The position numbers and the translations under genes are program-made. From the NCBI RefSeq assembly GCF_022539665.2, contig NC_081333.1, positions 8,804,001 to 8,868,000 of the forward strand: a stretch of DNA of 64,000 bases. The letters are read 5' to 3'. The notes beneath the pieces were generated by a model, which did not search any database, was not told the origin of the DNA, and worked only from the letters and a program-made list of their open reading frames with translations. This DNA comes from Daphnia carinata (Eukaryota). Of this stretch, positions 1 to 14,600 are shown piece after piece (the stretch's first letter is position 1; every line of letters starts with the position of its first letter).

Positions 1-3000
1 ATATGCACATTTAAAAAGTACACGTATATGACGTATTATGCATATTTGGTTTTCTTTTTTTATGGCAGATTTTTTTTTCTTTCCTTTTCACTTCGCTTTC
101 CATCAGCGACCAGAAAAAAAGTGTTAACCTCAAATCAGTCGTACAGAACTTATTGCGTCACGTAGGGAAATGTAAGAAGCTACTACACTTCCCCTTTGCC
201 AAGTATAGTTGAAACCTTTAATGCAACAACATCTTTTTTTTTTTTTATATATATACTATATAAATTAGCCTTACGGCTGTCTCCGTCTATCCGTAAAATG
301 ACTTCCGCCGCCCCCTTCTCTCGCTCCCTTATTTTTTTTTTCTTGAAGAATTTTTGTCCCTTTTTCTTGGAAGGAGAAAAAAAACAACAAAAAACAAAAA
401 AAAAACAAAACAAATTATTTCCAAACGAATTCCAGTTCCCTTTTGAAGTTCTTACGCTGCTGGTTATAACGTTCCTTTCTCGCGTAGAAGAGAAAGTGCT
501 GCCCCTTCGCCTTTGCCTTCCCGTGTGTGTGTTGGTTTTTCTTTTGTTTCTACCCCTCACGGTTCTAAATGCCTTTTCATTTTTGTTTTGTTTTCTTCTC
601 ACTGAAATTTTCGAATCATTTTTTGTGTGTGTGTGTGTTAAAAGAAGTACGAGACAGGCCCCATTGGTTCCTGGCTTGCGCTTCACGGTCGAAAATGAAA
701 GGTGGTTAGTTTCCTGAAGTCAAGTAGGTTTTTTTTTTTTTAAGAAGAGCGTCATTGCACCCAGGTTAACAGGGCCGCCATTCATTTAACCATTTTTTCT
801 CAGTAAAAGAGAAAAATTCAAAGCATAAAAAAAAAAGAAGGACCGTCAAGTGTTTCCAAAGAAAAAGAAGGTACTACTTGTGGGAGATTGGAAAATGATG
901 TTTTAATCGTGCGTGACCTCACGATACACGTCGGCGTGAACCCGCAACGTGCAACCGAAGCGAGAGGATCGTCACGCGCCGACAGAACCTCCTTCTCCCC
1001 ATTTTCATTAGATCTTCATCTTCATTTATTCATTCGCCATTTTTTTTTTGGTGTCTACTACCCCCACCGTGTTCATTATCCCTTTCTTTTTTTTTTTGCA
1101 TTAAGACTTGCCTCCCACATAGATGAAACGTATGGAAACAAGTCTTTGGGTACGTCCTCATCAATGGCGAATTTTGTTGTTGTTACAACAGGGAAAAGAA
1201 CAAAAACAAAAACGTTCAAATGTGTGTCAATGATCGTTTTCATCTTTTTGATCGCTTCGTACCCCAGTACATTCTTGCTGTTAGCAAAACGCGTGTATAC
1301 CACCTCATCGATGTACTCCGTTTTTAACCTAGTTTTTTTTGTTTTTGTATTGGGAAAGGCAGGAGTTCTTTATGGTTGTAGCCGAACCTAAAAACGATGG
1401 TGATTCATTTCTTCGTATAGTTTTTCAAAGTGAAAACGCCAGCGATTTTGATCAGCATGCACGGAACAAGTCTGCGTGTGTGTGTGTGTGTGTCCCCATG
1501 TGTACATCGCCAAACACATTGACCATATCCCTCCATCCGGCCCTCCCATCCAGCGCTCCATTTCGGTTACGCTTTGGTAAACGCAGTAACATATCGGACC
1601 ACCACGGAAGAAAAGATCTGGCGTGCAGCACCGCAACCAGAAGCCCCCGCACCTGTTCTGTCCGAGAAGAAATGTTTCCCAACTGTTGTACGTACGCGTA
1701 CCTCCTTTCCATATAATTCAAGTATGGGCGTTATGACGTAACGGACATATCCTCCTACGTTGCGTAGACTGTCTCTTGCATGTAAAAGATCATCACAAAA
1801 AAAAAAAAAAAAGAAAAAGCTTGTGTATGTGTGTGTTGACGTGAGGACATAACTCACGGTAGGCAGCTCTTTGACGAGGAGATCGGGAGCAGATTATGTG
1901 TACTCCCATTTTGCATGTTTTAATTTCTTTTTCCGTTTATTGCAATCCTTTTGGAGTGTTTCTATTGCATTTCTCCTCTCCGTTTTTGTTTCACTGTAGC
2001 CTTTTTACCGACTCATCCGCAAGGCCCGTTTTCCATGCGCACACGATCGCCATTTCGTGTGCACGCACGTCATCATTTTCGTTAACGGAATGTTTTGTTT
2101 TCCACTCAAAAGTCAAGATGGAAACTAAAGGAGAACAAAACTAAATAGAAAGCAGCGGCTTGTTTTGTTCTATTAAACGCCGCCAATTTGTTACCAACAT
2201 CATTTTTGTGTTTCTTAAAGCCGTCGTCAACTTATCGTTACTCAACTGCCGTGGCCCAAATGACGACTTGTTTTTGTTTTTTTTTCGCTACCTTATTGCT
2301 GCAGACTCGATTGAATTTCTTAACGACGTTCTTACTCGATGTTTCTTTTTTAACAGTTTAATTAACGATATCCAGTAAGGGTTTCTCGACGTATGCACTT
2401 CTCTCGATTTATTTGACTTGATGCAGTACTGATATTTTAGGTATATAATAAAACAGCGAATGTTGTATGAAACCCAGCATCCTGTGGTCATCGTTTTCAG
2501 TTAGTTAGTTTGGCTAATGGTTTCCTTTTCCTTAACGTGCAACGTGTAGAAGCTGTTTTACAACTTGGGTTCTTTAACTTATTTTCTCATTCTCTTTTCA
2601 CCGACAGAAAATCTCGTTTCTTTACTTTGAGTTTTTTTTTTTTTTTTTGGTTTTTTTTTTTTTTTGGTTTTCATTCTTTCCTTACCAGCAGCTGATTTCT
2701 ATGTTGTACGCTCTCACAGTCCTGGAATCTTTCTAGAGAAACGAGATTCATGTGGATATATACTCTCTTTTCGATTAAAAAGTCGTACGTTATTGTATTA
2801 TATGTAGAGGTAGAACACTGCAGATTGCATCGCAAAGTGTTGGCCGAAAAAGCCTTTCTTTTTTGCGCATTCGAACGAAACGAACAACTCGGAAGGCATA
2901 CAGCGTCGTCAACCGTGAACATACAAAAAACAAGAACAGATTTTGAAAACGTATTCATCTTGAAAACGCAATTGCATTTTTTAAAGCTTGATTCCTCATT

Positions 3001-5871
3001 TTATTCCTGCTCCACTACAAAAATCTACCGAGCGTGCATCGGGTACAGAATTGTGTAACATCATAAGCCGCTGTTACTTTCGTCTGGAAGAAAGTTTGAG
3101 GTGCTGAAATGAGCCCATGCTGTTCAAACATCCTGACAGCTGTCACCAGAAAAAAAAAAAAAACGTCATGCAAATGGATGGTAGTCTGGACACGAAAGAA
3201 AAAGAAGCTCGTGCATAACATGAAGGGGACTAGACGTCGTGTATAGGCACAAGTACATCAATAACATGTTACGTGAAGCATTACATCCACATCCGGGCGT
3301 AACATCCTTTCTCCTTGCCCAAGTTTTTCAAAGACGCACCCGTTAATTTGTGCATATGGCAGAGCGGTTGATCTTATACGGCCAGACCGGTTACACTGGT
3401 TCTATTGCTGCAAAAATCTAACCTAGAAAATAGACAGTAGTTGCGAATGTGAAGATTAAAACAGGGAGAGAGAAACAAAACTGGTCTCATTTATTGGTCA
3501 AGGGAATCAGGTCACGTCCTTAAACATGAAAAACAAAGTCAATAAAGAAATGTGTAGCGCCTTCTAGCACGGGAAGCAAAGCTTGGCCACATCCATTCCG
3601 TGTGTGCATATCTACACATGACGTTGTCAATCGTACGCTCTCGGCTAAAGCGTTTCAGATGGCATGGAATTCGGCGAATTTCGCATGCCAACTGGATCCC
3701 AAATGACGACTGGTTCTTCTTCTCCATTTGGTTGCTGCTATTTTTTGCCCCACGAGTCCCGCGTGTCGATAGAAATCTCATAGTTTATTTATTTTCTCTT
3801 CTTTTTCGTAAAACTCATTATTTGCTTCGTTGGCCAACGTGTAACAATTCCCAGAGTTTTTCGTCTTTCTCGCACTGGCAATACTCGGAAGATGAGAAAG
3901 AAAGTTGAAGTTTAGTTTGTTGAAAAACTTATTTCTCGGCCCAGCGCATTTTTAAAAACTGGACACGATAAACGAAGAAGAAAAAACGTTTAAAAAAAAA
4001 ATATATTTATATATCCATCGATGATTCTTCTGTAAAGAAAAACATCAACAACGTGAACCAGAAGAACGAAGAAGAAGAACAAGAACATAAATCTATAAAC
4101 TACCGACAGTCTGTCACGGCCCGGTTCTGATTAAGATCTTACCTGTTGTTGTTGCAGTTGTTTTGCCGTCGTGATTCCTGTTTCTTTTTACCTCCTTCAA
4201 CCTTATTGACTCTTCGTCCTCTTTTTGAATGTTTCCCTCTCTCTCTCTCTCTCGATGGCTGCGCGTGTCAATTTTGTACGCCTTCCTTCGGCGATGGATG
4301 GCCGAACGAGTTGAAAGTTGTTGGGTACGTTTCGTTTCCCCCCGCTATTTTTTTAAGTACGCATTGAATTCTTCCGTATTTGAGCGTGATTTATTTCTCA
4401 TCAGCCTTTAAGCCCGGTGGTACGTAATCGTCTTTTATTTCTTCCCTTCTTTCCATCTGTCCGTGCCAATACGTCGCACGCAGCGAGCCGGTGAGTCTTT
4501 TCACCGCTTTAAAAGATTTACGAACCATCGTTCAATGGTGGGCCGTCCAAGAGGAAAAAAAAAAAAAAAAAAAGACGAATCAATTTGCAAATTGGGAAAA
4601 GAAGAGAAACGACATGTGCAGTTTTAAAAACTAATTAAGTAACCATTAAAAAAAAAAAAAAAAAACCAAAAAGATTAGATGACTATAAGATATTGCGCGC
4701 ATACGCACATTGTTTCTATGTGTTTTATTTTGCATGTGATTTTTACGGTTATGTAATATCATAAAAAATACACGCGGAAATTTTGATGAGTTTGACTTAG
4801 TCTCGCCTAGACATTTTGCGCGTATGGAAATTGGCAATAAAAAAAAAGCTCGTGAGTCTTCTCGTCCGCCCAGTTGAATTCACTTTTTGATTGACTGCCA
4901 TCACAACGTCATGATTATGTCCTACTTTTTTTTTTTTTTACATTGTATTTCGTTTTTTTTTTTTTTTTCCATACAGCACCTAAAACTCATTTTCCAAAAT
5001 GGTTGGCTGTTATTTTTCTTTCGGGTTTAGGTTAGCCGGTCGGCCTCATTATGCAAAGGAAATGGGTATATACGACGATTGCCACTTTGGTTCTACACAC
5101 ATTTATCGCTGTGTGTGTGATGTGTCGCTATATTTACTAAAATCCAAACCGGAACTATCCTTTTCTCTGCCGGAAGGTGGATGAGAGAACTGGCACAGCA
5201 AGTGAAAATAAGGAAACGAGCTACGCATAGATTTCGTTGGCTTAGCCCAAAGTTGATGAGCATTTTTTTTTTTTTTTCTTTTCCTTAAGTACAATCTTTA
5301 TGGGTTTTGACGCTTCTTCTTTTCGCTTTTCCCTTTTATTTTATTTGTTTTTATTATTTTCTCTTTCTCCATATCCTGCTCACCTATATGCTATAGCAAA
5401 CGGCTATTCAGTACGGTTGATATGTATAGCGGCGGCGTGCGTGATAAGCGGCCAAGCCGGCCATAAACGGGCAAAGATGTTTCGACCAACGGTGGCTCAT
5501 GCAAAAATCGCCAAAAGACCTTTTACCGGTCGGGTTTTGCGAGCACCGATTTCTAATCGAGAAATACGGTCGGCTGTTTTTTAATACGCTAGCAAACAAA
5601 AAGACGTACGTTTAACTCTATCCTCTTCAATTTTGGAACGTCTTTTCAGTCAGCTCACTTTTGGGGTTCCTGCTGGAACTGAAAACAATCTCGAAACGCA
5701 TCTATAGCAATTCAATCGTAAATGGAAAAATGCATACGCCAGCTATACGTGATGCTTTCCTACGTAGCAACAACACTGTGAAAGGATTCATTGTGGAAGT
5801 CATTATGTCCAGTAGCGTTTGATCATTTCTCTTCCATCTCCATCATTTTGATGGTTGATGAGCCTTTTCTT

Positions 5872-5876
<5 letters not shown>

Positions 5877-5914
<38 letters not shown>
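5877..5914. repeat. (CT)19 microsatellite
   Basis: Perfect CT dinucleotide run read directly. Confidence 0.9.
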
Positions 5915-5917
<3 letters not shown>

Positions 5918-8900
5918 AAATTCTTACTCCAGGCACATGCATCTTTTTCACGTGAGTCGGATGATGCTGTCCTGGATTTTACTAGCGTTATCCTTTTTCT
6001 TGCTATTATTCTCTTCGTCTTCTTACGTCTGTCCGTTTCTTTGACCCTCTCAACTCCAAGTTTTTTTTGTTTTTTTTTCTTTCCTACTTGGATAGCGGCC
6101 AGCAGAATGCAAAGCAAAACAAGAAGAGGAAAATGTCGTAGACATAAAAATACAAGTCGACCCGTTGGCAGCATTTAATATCCTACTAGGAGATACCCCT
6201 CTATAGCTATTTGGCACCTGTTCGTCGTCTATACCGGAGCCAATGTTTCACGCCGTTCCAGGGATAAACTGATCATAGAAATTTAACCTTTCCTCCAAGA
6301 AACCATGATTGCGGCGTGGTTTTTTTTTTTAAGCTTATTATTTTTATTGCCATTATTTCGTGGTTAGTATCGAATGGGCTACGAAATTGAATTGACTCTT
6401 TTCAAAATGGTGTCGTCCTTTTATATTAGATCATCTAATTAAAATTGCTTGTTGTGTTATTTTTGGGCGGAAACAAAAATTCAACTTGGATCACGAGTCA
6501 TACATATATATATTTTTAAAGGGTTGAAAAGGAGTATGGTGAGACAAGAGGAGGGGGGGGATATGAGGCGTTTCCGGGCCAGGTGTCAAAACTCAAGACC
6601 TTGCCGACAAGCCAAAAAGAAAAGAACTCCTCCGGGAGGAACCGAACTCTTGACCTGGTGACTCGGATGGCACGGTGTTTTGGTTACTTTCTCCTACCCA
6701 TCTTCACGTCGAGCTTAGAATAGAAAAAAAAAAAAATGGGATTTTAGGCAATGGAAGACTTGATAACCGGCTGAATGTTGCAATAGAGAGAACGTTCAAA
6801 CACGCTCATTTGCGTATCACACGGCCAAACTGTGCCCAACTTTGCACAAGCGCTGCCTGTTCATTATTAAATTATTATTTTTTTTTTTAGCTTGGAATAC
6901 GGTAACTTTGCTCATCATCATCTTTGTCTATTCGTTTGCTTACCGATAATCAGTGGGCGTAGTCGTGAAAATCACAGCCTCGTTGATTCAGAGGGCTCTA
7001 ATCATCGGTGCGAAATAAAACGCTAAAGGTTGGAGAGCCACAATGACTTTCCAAATCGAACATTTATAGCCTCTCTTTCATCTACAAATAGAAAAGGGAA
7101 AAAAATATATGTATTCTGATTAGACCGGGCAGGACGAAAATCACGATTCATCGCACTTTAGTTTTCCTTTTTTTTTTTTTTAGAGCTCTGTAAATATAAT
7201 CATGCCGATCACACCACCGCCGATGACGTCGTCTCGATCAAAATTTGTTTTTTTCTTCTAGCAGCGAGGGCGTCGTCACGCGGTTGCCTCGCCTACGTAT
7301 GGCTAAAAATTCCATCAGAGCAGAAGAAAAGAAAGAAGACTGTGCCAACGATCGAGGAGAAAACAAATAGCTTTTCTTCCAACATAACACGAGCACATTT
7401 GTGTTTCTCCCGTTAAAGTGAAAGTTCTTCAGCGTCTAATCGCTAATTGTTGGCGCGTGAGTTAATTCAAACGAACAGAAGGCTCTCCAAAGAAAATCAA
7501 CATCAATCGGGGTCTTCGGTTGAGAGCAAAAAAAAAAAAAAAGGAAAAAAGGAAAATCACACGGCCCAATGGTGCAGGCTGTAATCGCCCTATATAACGA
7601 TCACGTCACGTTGAATTGTACCGCTGCCACCGACAGAGAAAGGCAAACAGTTCAAGCCGATAGCCTGCAGCTCCACATTCTTAGTCTATTTATATCGAAA
7701 TGCAACCCGACTTAAAAAAAAAAAAAAAAAAAAACCAAACCCAAACACGAAAGTACAAACGAAATAAAGCTGGCGGCATATCGTTTTGAACTGGATATGG
7801 AATCGGGTGGCCTTATACGAAAAGCATTAAGTTGATGTTCATTCGACGAGAGCAACACGTCGAACGCGAAACAGAAATAAAAGAGAAGAAAACGGTGCAG
7901 TTTTCTCTTTGCGAAGCAAATCGCATTGTTACACGTCAGTTGAGCTTGAATTGGTTGTCCAAGTTTGGAAACCGGTAGTTGGTTTTCTCTCGTCTATGGC
8001 GTTGTCGCTCGTGTGGACGGTTGCACGCAAAAGGATAAGACAGTTCTATGTTTGGGGCAAGTCGCGGCCGGTGCCATTGCAAATGCCGCCTGATAATTGG
8101 TTAGCGCTTTGAGCATTGTTGTTGTGTGGCTCCGGCTTCCGCCCTTTTTTTTTTTTTTTTTCTTATTTCATACGGAATAGACTTTTGGAATAGAAAACGC
8201 TTTTCCCATAACCTCCTTCCTTCTTTTCGTTGCTCTTCTTTCTCTCGTCTTTTTTTTAATTTTTTTTTTTGCCTTTTCTATTTTCAGTCTATTTCTTTTT
8301 TTTTTCTCAAGTGGTTCCATGTGAAAATAAAATAGAGACTCGTCTTGTGCAGTCCCTTTTTTTTTCATAATTCCGCGCGTCCTCCAGCGTTGACGCACCT
8401 GCAATTTAAAAAATTCCTCCCACCCGTGAGCCACGTCTTTGATAAATAGCTTGGCATTTTTTTTTTTTTTGGTTTTTTTTGTTTGGTCTTCCTTCTTCTA
8501 TTTCAGTTGCTAACAGCAAATGTGCATATTCTCGAGACATAATGAATATATAAATAACAAAGAAGACAAAAAAAACAAAACATTGCTAGTTGCACGCACT
8601 GCTGTGTACACGTCACAATCAGCTAATAAGGGGGGAGTAGCCTTGCTGGATCTTTTTTAGATAGCAATGTACATCCATGTACATCGTATGATGATATAGA
8701 AGGAAATTATTGAGAAGGCGTGTGTGTGTGCGTTTACCAACATGCGTGATGATAAGTTTAAAAAAAAAAAAATGCAGCCACGGGATGACAAGGAAAACAA
8801 TCACGTTGATAGATATCAGCTTCTTAACTTGAAAGTTTGGAATACAATCAAATTGCTGTTTAGTTATTAAAAAAGAAAAAAAAAAAAAAAGAGGGAAAAT

Positions 8901-10611
8901 TTCCACACGTTTCTTTTCCCTTCCATTCATTCATGTCCTTCCTGTTTGCCCGTATGTACACTCTCTCCGGATTGCGAGGCTCGCCCATTGATTTCATCGT
9001 TGTCGTACTGGATATCATTCATGGTGGTCGTACAGTAGTTCGCTCGATATGGCAGCAGAAAGAAAGCGCAAAAAAAAAAAAAACTGAAAGAAAAGTTCTT
9101 TTCCTCTCGGTAAAGACATTTTTCATTCACCCGTTTCGGACGTCCAAAATAAAAACAGACAACTGTCCACTTTTGTCGTACATTTTCATGTTTTTTTGTT
9201 TTTTTACAGAAGCAGGTCTTCTTGTAATGCACTAGCCCGCGTTGTGTCTGAGTCAAGAGGAATGCTTTCTTCCACGAAAATGATGTTCCAGTCTACTACT
9301 ACGATAATAGCTCCTAGTTTTGGAGGAGTACAATGTGTGTGTGTGTGTAAAAAACGCCGGTATAACTTTCTCTTTCCCTTTCGTATTGTTGTCGCTGAGG
9401 CCGTGGATAAAAAAGAACAGACATTTTCTAGACGACAATCTTTTCTCCCTCATTTTCAAAATCCCACCAGTAAAAAGAGTTCGTTATTTCGTCTCGATCT
9501 TTTTGGTCGCTGCAAAAAACTCGTGTATTAAGTGTGAGCATGAACAATGAATCCCGAATGCAACTTGACATTTGTCCAAACAAATTCTTCACCGTGTCTT
9601 TTTGCATTGGCTGGTGAAAATGGTTTGAACCTTCTCAGTGGCAATCTGTCAGCACTACATAGAAATTGAACGTCTCAAGATAAAAAGAAAAATGGGCGAA
9701 ACACGGTGAGAAAAAATGGATTTTCAAAAAGGGTACAGCAGTCCTCGAGAGTCTGAAGAGAATTGTGACCAATGGAGAAACAAACTGACGGATTTTCTGA
9801 TGACTCACGGCGTGCAGTGGAAGAATGCGGTTCCATTCAACTTCTTTCCTTTCTGTTCCTTATACACTCTCGAATGTCTTTACACTGGCGTCTCTCTTTC
9901 TCTATATACGTACACACACACACATCTCCTTGTGACTGGATGTTTTGCCGACATGAACCAAAGTTGTCAGACTAGCGTCTTGCATAATAACATTTCGATT
10001 ATTTATTGTTATCCGATGCGAAAGAGCTGCGCGATATCCCTTAAACAAAAAAAAAAAAAACAGAAATTAAATTTCAAAATCCAAACACGGATACTAAAAA
10101 CTTTCTCGCCCGTCTAAACTGGTGGTCTCCTTGTTTTCCAGTCGCCACAAAGTCAGCAGACAGAAGCTCTTTTTTTTTTTCTCGATTTTTACCAAATGCC
10201 CGACCATTGTGGTAAAAATCAACAGACACAGAGAAAGGAAAGTAATCACAATATCGTAGCAATAAAAAGATGAAAAGAGAACGGATAGTCTCGTTCGTCC
10301 ACGGGCTTCCGCTGTGTTTTTTTTTTTTCCAAACGACTTGAGTATACATTTGTATCTAGATTCGGGCCATTGATTCGTTACGATACAATATAGGATGTGC
10401 GTTACGGAACGCTTGTTTTTTTTTTTTTCCCAGCAGGTCGTGCTTCTTCGTTCCTCTTTGGTAATGGCGCTCCATGGTCGTGCCATTGTAGACTATAGAG
10501 CACCACGATAGAAGAAAAAGCCCAAGGTGAACGATCGTTAAACACACCGGGTTGTCGCGTCGCCATTAAATCGTTACACATTTATTTATCCATTTTTAAT
10601 ATCTGCGTCGT

Positions 10612-10612
<1 letters not shown>

Positions 10613-10645
<33 letters not shown>
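10613..10645. repeat. Poly-T tract (33 nt)
   Basis: Read directly; one of many homopolymer tracts in the non-coding region. Confidence 0.85.
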
Positions 10646-10646
<1 letters not shown>

Positions 10647-11595
10647 AACTTGTAGAAAAATAAAGGAAGGCATGCTCAGGGCGATGTTGAATCGGGAAGG
10701 GAAAGCTCGAGTTGCACGTAATTTTATTGATCTTCTCGATGGGACTCCGATCGTGTTCTCGAAGGATGCATCGAGGATGTATACATTAAACAAAAACAAA
10801 CAAACAACAAGAATTGGACGCCAAACTCCGTCGATGTGTCACGTAGCAAAATGCAATTGAAGAGAAATTGATTGAATGGGAAAAAACACAACAGATGAAA
10901 AAAAAAAAAACGGGATGAGGGAGAAACGAGGGAAAATTTGTTTACTTTCAATTTGAAAGGGAAGTAAACATGGCTACGTTTAAAAATTCCGGAATTATTT
11001 TCCTTGTCTCCTGGAAAAATGAAAAACTCCCGATGCGTGAGACCTGTCGATGTTGAGAAAAGGCACAACGAAGGACGTCTAGAGAAAAAAAAAAAAAAGA
11101 GCCGGAGGAGCAACCGATCTTCGAAACCGCTTTCTAACATCAAAAAACAAAAGAGCAGTTTTTAGGTACTCGATGAATATTGAAATATACAACTCTGACA
11201 TGAAAGTTTTTTTTTTTTCTTTCTTCTTTATAGTTTAATCTATTTTCGTTGTTTCTCCTTTATTGGTGTTAGACCCTTTGCTCGTGTTCATTTTCCAGTC
11301 GAACGATAAGCACCTGAACAAGGAGCTAACTCACCGATATTCACCATACCGAGAAAAATAAAAATCATTTTTCTTAAGGTGGACTGAAAAACGTGTTGGG
11401 GAAAGGTTCTAACCTCTTTTATTCGATGTCTATTTTCCCCTATTTCTACGAAAAATAAAATAAAGCTTTCGTGAAAGGATTGAAAATTAAAGTGTCTGCA
11501 TTTCTTTACCCAGTTTTCGTGGGTTTCCCGATCTAAGGAGACCGGAAGTCTAAATGCAAAGAATTTTTGGAAATAAGAAAAAAAAAGGCACCACT

Positions 11596-11614
11596 CCCCC
11601 CCCCCCCCCCCCCC
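11596..11614. repeat. Poly-C tract (19 nt)
   Basis: Read directly. Confidence 0.85.
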
Positions 11615-14600
11615 ATCGGTGTTTCAGGTCAGTTAAGTTGGTGCTGGTCAAATGGTCCATTATCAAAAGTCCTGGTGACACACTCTCCCATCTCCATCGA
11701 GCCTCATATCCTTGTTCCTTTTACCATCGTTCGTGAGGGCTTCCGTAACCTGTGCCAGCCGTTCGTATGTGGACGTTCAAAGATTTCGTTGACCCCAACA
11801 TGCCGGTAGTTGACCAGGAGATGAATGAAGACGAAATAGAAACGACTGATCGAAAAAAAAAAAATAGTGAAATCCGATGTCTACCGCGTCGTCCATGTTG
11901 TTGGTTATCTGGTTAGCGTCGGTATAGGCGACGTCGTCACAAACCAGTTTGTTACCAAATGAAGAAGCCGTTTGTCAATTAGCGAAATTCAAATTCAGCT
12001 TTCTATTTATTTTACAATGTATTTTTTTTTTCTTCTTACTTTTAGTTTTCTCTGCAACTTCTTTTTTTTTTTGCTAACGTGATTGGGCCTTCAACTGGGT
12101 CTTGGTAGGTCAAGTTATACAAGAGGACAATCAGTACGTGAGATTTTCACCGACAATTATCGTTGCAGTTACGCACGTATAGGAATTACATCGACTCTCA
12201 CCTGCCATCTACGCTTGTTATTTAGTCTCTTTCTCCTTGTCAAGTTCTTATCCTTCGTACATGATTTTCTCTGTCCCCTTTCTCCCTCAACGTTGGCGAT
12301 GGTTCCGGTCGATAGGATCGAAAAGCGAAGAGAAAAAAAAAAAAAAGGAAATGCGGAAACTCCATCATCTTGTTGGCTATCGTGGGCGGTGAGTTAGGAG
12401 ATTTCCAGCTGTGCGAAATGGCTACGCTTGCAGCCGGAATGCTTTTGCTTTCCAGGTAAATCACGAAAAATGAAAGAGAAAACAACGACGAGACACACAC
12501 ACACTTGCAACACGTGATTAACCGAGCGTCAGAACTGAGGAAGAATCGATGCGGCTTTCTCTTTAGGATCATTTTGGTTCATATTTATTGAAGGACACAC
12601 GATGATCCATTCACGTTATTTTTTTTTTACAAGGATTAGGAAGGGGGTTAATACAAACGTCCCTCTCGGCTTGAATGTTTACCCTCTTTTTCAACTCTCC
12701 AAAAAAAAAAAAATAAAAGGGTGGCTGTTGGATGAGATAGATCGTTCGGCAAGATAAACAGATGGATGAATGCAAGAAAACGGGACAACGAGGCACGTCG
12801 AATGACAATTATTTGTTTATCGATGTGTGGTCTCCCCAAATTCGGCTGTTTAAAAGGCAAGAAGGAACAGTTGTATAAGAACAAAAAAAAAAAAGCAAGA
12901 CGGAATGACGGAGGGGAAATGAAAAAATTAAAAAAAAACGGGTACGACTTTCTCCCGAACGCGGCGGTGGTAGTTGTTTAGACGGTACCGTATCGGATGC
13001 AGGAGAAAATTCAATTTTGAACGGCATAGTCATAAGAGAAGAGCGAGACAAGGACAGAAAGAAGGAAACACATTTTCCCCCATATATGTGACGAACATAC
13101 AAAACTAAGAAAACTAAAGAAAAAAAAATAAAATAAAATAAAATAAACGAACGGCTTGAACCCTGCACCGTGGGAGGTGACACGGCACACTCTCGTGTGC
13201 CTTTCTCTTCATTTCCCTGTCAAGAGACGGGAAAATGTTCCACCACTTCCTTCTCGTGTACGGCACCGTTCTTTCTTCTGCCTTTGCGTGTCTTCTCTAA
13301 TGAATCAATCCTTTTGCTTTTCTCTTCTCCCGTCCTCCTATTGAAGGAATAGAAAACGATATAATAAATAGTTACACACACGTACACACAACGAGGGAGA
13401 AGAAGAAACAAGAATTTCATGTCCCCAATTCATTTCCTCAGTGTGGCTTGTCTCGTTGTCACTCGATGGATAGACGTTAAAAAGAATTGCCTTTTTTTTT
13501 TGCATTGCATTGCGTGGGCACGACCTGTTTTTTTATTTTATTTTATTTTACAGGTGTTTCAGGCTCAGACTGTTGAGTCGGGAGAATTTCCCGAATAGCC
13601 AATCATTTAAGCGGACCCCGTTTGTCAACTAAGAACCCCGCAGTGCCGTTTTTTTTTTCTTTAGGCAAGTCACGTTGTATGTCCAGTGTGTAGAAAATTC
13701 AATGGTCAAAACAGTTTGCCATTGTCTTATTTTTTTTTCAAATGTCATCCAATATATTTTGCATACCAATAATTATTGTATTCCCTCATCCTCATTGTTG
13801 TTGTTGGTTGCCTCTTTTATTCTAGCTAAATGTAGTTGAGAAAAAGCGTGAATGCATACGTGTGATCAAAACGAATGTTGGGTGTGCCGTTTCATTTGTT
13901 ATCTAATTCTAATATTTTTTAAAAAATCAGGCCATTTTTGATGTCTCATAGCGAGAATGAATAAATAGATCATGACTTGACATTCCCCCCAAAAAAGACT
14001 AGTGATTCTTTCACATTTTCGGCAACAAAGAGACACATTTGCACAACGTTAATGTGCCTAGTTCATCGAGAAGAAGGTGCGTGTCAAGGACTTCATTCGA
14101 CACAGCTCATTGTTGTTTTTTAAGGGGACGCTTTGCATGTTTTGTCTTCAGGTATTCAAATATACCTTTTTCCTCGATCGAGATTGGAACGGTACATACA
14201 CGGCCAAAAAGTCTGCGTGTTGCAAGAAAAGCGGTCGATGGCCCCAGACGTCCAGACAGAACAAACCGGGGTGTAGGGATTTTCTTGTTGTGGTTTTTCT
14301 TCTTCCTTTGGGATATCTCTTTTTTTTTTTTATATTGCCTTCGGATTTTAATCGGGAATTTGCAGACGGGGCATTTTTAGCAAGTGCCGGGAGACTTGGC
14401 AACTGTGCTGGGTGTAAGGAACCGTTGCAGCGTACTTGTTATTGCCTCTTTTTCACGATCTATCGTGAAAACGAACACCCACGGAGTCAAAAACAAAAGG
14501 CTCCTATAATAAATAGCTTTTGCAATTTACGTATGTGGGTTTTATGTTATTTTTCATAAAGTAGACCATCTTATGGCATTATACATCAACTTGATTTTTG

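Noticed and set aside
6626..6700. tRNA-like T-arm on the minus strand (GGTCAAGAGTTCGGTTCCTCCCGGAGGAG)
   Set aside because: No matching 5' acceptor strand, D-arm or anticodon arm; at most a B-box-like remnant.
6948..6990. AATCACAGCC, resembling the miR-2/13 seed region, within a weak hairpin
   Set aside because: The 3' half does not match miR-2 family mature sequences, and the hairpin is too short with a tiny loop for a pre-miRNA.
13525..13600. Strong plus-strand acceptor (TTTTATTTTACAG|GTG) in the non-coding tract
   Set aside because: No recognisable coding sequence follows and no partner exon could be linked; the pyrimidine tract is explained by a (TTTTA)n repeat.
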